A stretch of 63,648 nucleotides of DNA, the filler included, from Octopus bimaculoides (Eukaryota): NCBI RefSeq assembly GCF_001194135.2. It is 4 parts of 4 records of this genome, joined end to end, with 100 filler letters (N's around TTAATTAATTAA, not from the genome) between each part and the next. Parts side by side here need not be neighbours in the genome. Positions count along the whole stretch, not along the records: positions 52,273 to 58,129 come from NC_068991.1; positions 58,230 to 63,648 come from NC_068986.1; 2 more parts are not named here. One strand, given 5' to 3'. A program made the translations under genes and the position numbers. Positions 57,213 through 63,648 of the stretch are shown here, piece after piece. Within the stretch, counting starts at the first letter, position 1; each line of letters begins with the position of its first letter. The notes beneath the pieces were generated by a model. The model was not told where the DNA came from, made no database searches, and worked only from the letters and a program-made list of their open reading frames with translations.

Positions 57213-57425
57213 TTGATTTCGTTCACCGAAACGTACGTAACATTAATTTGACTTCTCAGTTAAATGCCCTTTTGATATGCGTGCCTTCTATTGGTGAAGT
57301 TGTCCTTTTAAATTAAACGAACAGTAACTCATCATCCTTCGGTCATTCAGACCCTATGCTAGTCAGGATCCAGCATGAGGTGTTGATGAGGTAACCTCCT
57401 GGCTTCTACTTATACTCTCAAATGG
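57062..57425 (+). repeat. Two-unit diverged direct repeat
   Basis: ttcaccgaaac.tacgtaac at 57063 and 57222; ctatgctagtcagg...cagcatgaggtgttgatgag.taa....tggcttctactta.actctcaaatg at about 57107-57177 and 57354-57424. Confidence 0.85.
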
Positions 57426-58351
57426 TGCGCGCGTGCGCGCGTACATGTACACATTGCTTCAAGTATTGATGTCCTGGTTCGGGAGTTTCAAGGTCATGAG
57501 ATGTGTAAAACTAAACCCGTATCATTATTGTCTATTTTGACCTGAGATAGTGTCACCTGAGAAAGGAAAAGGCCCAGGGGAGTCAACCTCGAGAGAAAAT
57601 CAAGGTGTGGAGTACTCGGAGTGTCCAATGCCCTCTCTGACACCCATTCCGGCAACAACTGGGTCGGTGGAGCTCTTTAGCCTTGTAAGACCATTGCCCT
57701 GAGAGCAGGCCACTCCAGAGTAAAAGCTACAGCTTGTTGATCACAGAAGCTGTCAGAATCGGCTGAGTATCTTTCGTTAGACCCCCAAAACTAAAGAATT
57801 GAGTGGCATCGGACTGCGCGAACTAACTCTCCCTAAAAAACCCACTAAATGCAAGAAAGAAGAAAAGCATCAAGAATCGGTCTACAAGGTCACTTAAGGG
57901 CGTGACACTCACCTTCGTGATATGTATGTATGTATGTATGTCTGATGTGTGTATGTGATATGTGTGCGCGCGCGGGGATGTGTGTGAATTTGATTTCCAT
58001 GTACAGCTATAAAAACATTCAATACCTTTCTTTCAGCGGTCACGTTTTTATGAACTTTTTAGAAAGAAAGGGCATATAATACACACTCACACACACACAC
58101 GCACTCACACACCTATACACACACACACANNNNNNNNNNNNNNNNNNNNNNNNNNNNNNNNNNNNNNNNNNNNTTAATTAATTAANNNNNNNNNNNNNNN
58201 NNNNNNNNNNNNNNNNNNNNNNNNNNNNNTATATATATATATATATATACATACGCACATACATATAAAAGAATAAAAAATGTCCTGCCCTGTGTGTCCT
58301 TCACATTTTCTCTTCTATCTATCTACCGATCTATCCATCTATCTATATATC

Positions 58352-58412
<61 letters not shown>

Positions 58413-58592
58413 GTCTGTCTTCTGTCTGTCTATCTCTTTATCTCTCTGTGTCTTTATCCTATGCATTCTGTCAGTCTATCTTTACATATCTAATAGTCTC
58501 TCTTTCTATCCACGTTTCTTTGCTTTTTCTCTTTCTTTATTTCTTTCTCTTTTCCCTTAATTCTCTCTCTCTCCCTCTCTTTCTTTCTTTCT

Positions 58593-58623
<31 letters not shown>

Positions 58624-59074
58624 ATGTGTGTAACTGCTTATCTATTCACCTGTCTGTTTGTCTCTCGGATATCTTTCATTCACATACATCCCTTATGTTC
58701 GTACCCCCCTCTCTTTCTCCCCCCACTTCTTTCTTTCTTTCACTGTCTCCGACACACAGGAGCCTTTATGTAGAGCATTAGACGAAAATATATTATACCG
58801 GCATTGCATGGTGCACAAGATGATTTTGATGACGATGACAATGATGATGATGGTGATGCGGTGCTCTATGGCGATATTGATAGTTTTGTGTTCACTTCGC
58901 GCCTGTGTGGCTTGTATGTGCATACGTCTGTAAGTTTGAATACACACTCATACACAAACACATATTCACACACACTCACACACACATAGATTCAAACATA
59001 CATACATACATACATACATACATACATACATACACATATACATACATACAAATATACATACTGCACAGCGGATG

Positions 59075-59325
59075 TCAATGTACAACCAAAAGTTCAGGAA
59101 AAAGAGGATATTTATGATGAATTAATGCAGAACTTACATCTCTTGTACCCTGACTATAAATTCTCATTTGTACCTATAATCATAGGTGTATTAGGGTTGC
59201 ACAAAATCCTAGGAATACTCGGTTTCACGGAGAAAGAGCAAAAGAAACTGATGCGGACCCTTCGAATCCAATGCATTAGTGGCACAGTGAAGATATGCAA
59301 GACATTTCCAATATTCTCCATTTGA
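59075..59325 (+). mobile_element. C-terminal relic of a restriction-like-endonuclease non-LTR retrotransposon
   Basis: KVQEKEDIYDELMQNLHLLYPDYKFSFVPIIIGVLG..ISGTVKICKTF; VPIIIG(A/V)LG motif as at 13330-13370. Confidence 0.65.
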
Positions 59326-60492
59326 GATTTTTATGTGAATAGATGCATACACTTGTGTGTATGTATCAAAAGCTCAAACTACACGCCAACTCAACCACAT
59401 ATTTACCAACAACGAGAATTCTCTTAACTCGAAAATGTTGTCGCTTTGTTAGCTTGAACTCACTCAATAAGAGCTTAAATGAAACTCAAAGGAAAAACAT
59501 ACACACATACATACATACATACATACATACACACATACATACATGCATACATGCATATCTACAAGCACACACATACATACACACATACATACATACATAC
59601 ACACACAGAGAGACACACATACATACATACATACATACATACATACATACATACATACATAAAACAACTTAGTCAGAAGGCATTTGCGAAACTTAACATT
59701 GAGTTTTCAACAAACTATTGACATTTGAAAAATAAGAATTATGTTAAACACTTTTACTGACACTTTATTTCCAGATTAATTTTGTACACGAAAATATATC
59801 CAATTTTGAAAAAGTTATCTGTTGATATAGAATATTTTATACATACATACATTGCATCGAATATAATCGAGGATCTATTTATGTGCATAGTTCAATCAAG
59901 AACTCGATTTCTTTTTGAGGAAAAACACTTTTCCTGTTCTGCGGTATACGAGTGGGTGCTGAGAATTTTCTGGCTATGGGTAAAAGAAAATATAAGAGGA
60001 TTAGTTAATTATGATTTTACTCAACATATTCCCCTCTCTGATTCATATACTTATTGCAGCGATCCTTCAGTTTTTCTAAGCACTGTGAAAGAACTCGGAA
60101 AGTGATAAAGCGCAATTAGAGTACGTTCTGTTCTTTATTTTAAAAGTCCAAAATAGAATAAAAATTTCAATATGATCAAACATACAGTCCTATGCCAAGT
60201 TTCTATGTCATCACTTACGGCACTTTTTTCCAAGGATATGAACTTCCTCTAAATATCTTAAAGTGTTCTTCATCTCACACTGTGAAATTTCTTTCGCTTG
60301 AGAAGCACAGAGACATTCTGGCCATATTTGTGCATATTTTCTTATAAGAAACTGTTGGTTTTTTACCATTTTGTTTTTCTACCACTGTTTTTCTTCGATT
60401 ATCTTTTCCGTACATTTGGTATTTCGGTCAATACGTTTTCAGCCTCTGTTCATTGAGCTATCTGTATGTTTATTTATGTATGTATGCAGGTG

Positions 60493-60524
<32 letters not shown>

Positions 60525-60879
60525 TTTATCTATCTATCTATCTAACTATCTATCTATCTGTCTATCTAGACACACATCCACACATACACGCACACACACA
60601 AGGGTGGAGTGAAAAGTTCAGAGAATGGCTATGAAGGAATCATGCTAGAGCTGTGAAATGTTACATACATTAATTTCAATACCCCTTATTAATGACTGCA
60701 TTATTTCTTTCCAGGTAAACTGGTATCTGATTGTTCAAAGATTTCAAAAGTAACAAGATCACTCAGAGAGCGCAAACGTCCGACAAGGCAACACTAACGT
60801 CCTCTCAACGATTTGCCAGAGATAATTTTTTAAATGAAAATATTTTAAATAAACTCGGTGGTTCTGACAAACGAGAATA

Positions 60880-61108
60880 CAAAAAATGAACCCGACTGCT
60901 CTCAAAAATTAAGTAGGAAAAATAATCCAGAATATTGTACGGTACCGGATCGATCCCAAAATCTAATCAGTTCGTGCCAGTCACGAGGCCAAACATCCCT
61001 GAAAGTTTCATCCGAATCCATCCAGTGGTTCTTGAGATATCTTGTCCACGGACAAACAAACAAACACGACTGCAAACAATACCTCCACTTTCGCTGAGGC
61101 AGAGGTAA
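60880..61108 (+). mobile_element. Non-autonomous DNA element, Helentron/HINE-like 3' end
   Basis: ..gaaagtttcatccgaatccatccagtggttcttgagatatc..(caaa)n..caatacctc<loop>gaggtaa with terminal hairpin tacctc/gaggta. Family name from recall. Confidence 0.45.
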
Positions 61109-61215
61109 GTAGTAGAAACTAAGCATTGCATAAAATAAATTTATCACAAGCTGCTACTGGAAGTTTGAAACACAGACGGAATGCATATATGTATACACAC
61201 GCATACACACATATG

Positions 61216-61399
61216 TACGAGGAAGTGTTGAGAAGTTCTTGGCTTTAAGGGAATCGTGAAAGGCCTGGCTGGAGGCTTAACCTTTCAAGTTCTTTTACAG
61301 GGCTTAAAAATTTAAAGGACTGCTGCAAAATGTGTGTGGATCTGATCCTCTTTTTTTTTCTTTTACCCAAAACCTGGGACTTTCAGTACCCCTCGTGTA
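61216..61399. mobile_element. Mariner-derived MITE
   Basis: Degenerate TIRs tacgaggaagtgttgagaagttc / ggactttcagtacccctcgtgta. Confidence 0.55.
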
Positions 61400-61895
61400 T
61401 AATAAAACTGGAGAGTGGAAAAATTTATTCATCATTACATGTGTTTCATTTTATAATAGGAGTTAAAAAATTGATGCATATATTAGAAGACATGTAAGAC
61501 ATCTACTATCAGCAATTGTTCACACAGAGATTCAAATAATACCACATTTAGACATTAGATGAACCATCATATAAAGTTCGTACTTAAGAATACTTTAGAG
61601 GGGTTTCCTGATTACTAACTATATATAAACATTTTGTTCAAATCTAAGTTTTGTATTGTTTGATTTTGTTTCTAAAACTTTCTAATACGAAATATCATAC
61701 ATAATTTGTACCAGATGAACAATTTTGTAACTCCTATTAGCAAATGAAACATACGTAATGCTAAATAGATAATATCCAACAACAGGAGATACCAAACCAA
61801 TCTCTTGTTTTGGTATTATTACACTGCAGGAAATATTTTCCAGTAGTTTCACCTCATTTACATACTTCACACAAATATAACATCTATATATATAT

Positions 61896-62295
61896 AGGCG
61901 CAAGAGTGACTGTGTAGTAAGTAGCTTGCTTACCAACCACATGGTTCCGGGTTCATTCCCACAGCGTGGCACCTTGGACAAGTTTCTTCTACTATAGCCT
62001 CGGGCCGACCAACGCCTTGAGAGTGGATTTGGTAGACGGAAACTGAGAGAAGGCTGTCGTATATAAGTATGTGTGCGTGTATATGTCTGTGTGTCTGTGT
62101 TTGTCCCCCCCCAACATCGCTTGACAACCGATGGTGGTGTGTTTACGTCCCCGTAATGTAGCGGTTCGGCAAAAGAGACCTATAGAATAAGTACTAGGCT
62201 TACAAAGAATAAGTCCTGGGGCAATTTGCTCGACTAAACGCGGTGCTCCAGCATGGCTGCAGTAAAATGACTGAAACAAGTAAAAGAGTAAAAGA

Positions 62296-62297
<2 letters not shown>
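61896..62297 (+). mobile_element. Full-length family C SINE
   Basis: Ungapped copy colinear with 11044-11625. Confidence 0.9.
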
Positions 62298-62334
<37 letters not shown>

Positions 62335-62335
<1 letters not shown>

Positions 62336-63588
62336 TAGGCTGTCCGGAAAGTTCTAAACGTTTTCAAACTAATTCTTTTAACGCTTCATTGAACACGCTT
62401 GAAACGTAACATAGTTAAAGTTTTGATGTTGCTTGATGTGGTAGGGCATCAATTCTCTGTTTCTAACTAAAAATACATTTATCTTTCATTCCGGTTACCC
62501 TTTATTGACATTTGTAATGCCTTTCCAATTTTAAAAAAAGGAGAAAATGCTGCGAAGACTTGAAAAAATATTTGTGAAGTTTATGGTGATGATACTGTAG
62601 GTCAATCAAACGTTCGAAGGTGGTTTGCAAAATTTAAAGCTGGAGAGTTTAGCTTGAAAGGGGACAGTCCCATTAGAAGACCTTCAAAATTGGATGAAGG
62701 TGTTTTAAAGGCAAAAACCAAAGAAAACTCAAATATTATGACTAGAGAACCTGCAAAGAAGCTGGAAGTTTCTAAAAGTACGGCTCATGAACACCTAGTG
62801 AAGCCAGAATACATTTCTCACTATAATGTATGGGTCCCTCAAAAATTCTCAGAAAAGAATTGCTCGGACCAGTATTCCGTATGTGATATGCTTTTGAGAC
62901 GGAATGAAAGCATGCGTTTTTTGAAACAACTTGACTGGAGATGAGAAATGGATTATGTTCGAAAACGTAGTGCAAAAAGATCCTGAAGTTTGCGTAAGGA
63001 TCCTTTCCCACAAAACAGCAACCAAGGATGAGTATCCATGCCAAAAAACTATGTTTTGTGTTTGGTGGGATCATAAAGGCATTATCTATTATGAGCTTCT
63101 TTCACAAAACCAGACCATTATTTCTAATGTGTACAGTCGTCAGCTGGCTAATTTGAATCAAAAAATCAAAGAACTGAGGTCAGAGATTGTCAACAGGAAA
63201 GAGGTAGTTTTCCAACAAGATAATGCCCGACCACATATATCTTTGGCTATCCGAAAAAATTTACATGAACTTGGTAGGGATCTCTTACCCATTCACCATA
63301 TTCTCTCGATTTTGCGCCATCCGACAACCACTTGTTTTTGTCTCTATTGAACTTATTGCAAGGAAAAACATATATAGATTTAGATGGAATCAAAATGAAT
63401 CTAAATAACATTTTTCAACAAAACCAGTCAAATTTCATGCTAATGGAATTTCTAAATTGTCTGATAGATGGGTAAAAGTCATTAATAATAATGGAAATTC
63501 TTTCATTGAATAAAATTTATTGAAATTTCAGTTATTTATATCATCTTTTGCAAATTAAGAAATGCTCAGAGCTTTCCAGACAACCTAA
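62335..63588 (+). mobile_element. Full-length decayed mariner element (about 1.25 kb, DD34D type)
   Basis: TIRs ctaggctgtccggaaagttctaaacg / aatgctcagagctttccagacaacctaa; transposase pieces KNICEVYGDDTVGQSNVRRWFAKF, WVPQKF, TGDEKWI, FQQDNARPH, PYSLDFAPSDNHLF, broken by frameshifts. Confidence 0.93.
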
Positions 63589-63648
63589 CACACACACACA
63601 CACACACACACACACTATTGTATGTATATATATATATATATATATATA

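Noticed and set aside
57109-57365. TGCTAGTCA as Nrf2 antioxidant-response elements for p62
   Set aside because: Spacing is one base short of TGCnnnGTCA, and the p62 start site is unknown.
57480-57900. Possible LINE 5' UTR relic
   Set aside because: Only a vague resemblance from recall; no translatable endonuclease motif follows.
57900-57925. Strong minus-strand donor AAG|GTGAGT as the end of p62 exon 1
   Set aside because: Upstream sequence is (TACA)n microsatellite with no PB1-like coding content.

Overview
This is a eukaryotic, AT-rich, heavily gapped genomic window. The repeat families and microsatellite load suggest an octopod cephalopod, probably Octopus (inference). Almost all of the supplied ORF track is artefact from microsatellites or N-runs. 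Two host genes are supportable, both on the minus strand. (1) A sequestosome-1/p62 (SQSTM1) orthologue: six spliced exons from 50640 down to 43374 keep an open frame with GT-AG sites and consistent phases. They encode 427 aa: the acidic half of PB1, a ZZ finger, a linker, a Pro/His/Ala-rich low-complexity region, a LIR and a UBA domain. The first coding exon is not visible. (2) A 112-nt first coding exon at 32605-32494, absent from the ORF track, that resembles exon 1 of SREBP. It has a CpG-rich promoter upstream and two sterol-regulatory-element 10-mers plus a GC box about 1.5 kb into its first intron. The rest is decayed transposons: tRNA-head SINE families, RTE and restriction-like-endonuclease LINE relics, Penelope-like relics, mariner/Tc1 relics including one full-length mariner, hAT and foldback MITEs. 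Three 100-bp N44-TTAATTAATTAA-N44 blocks are artificial scaffold joins. Exon coordinates were indexed by hand; repeat boundaries are approximate; family names come from recall, not database searches.
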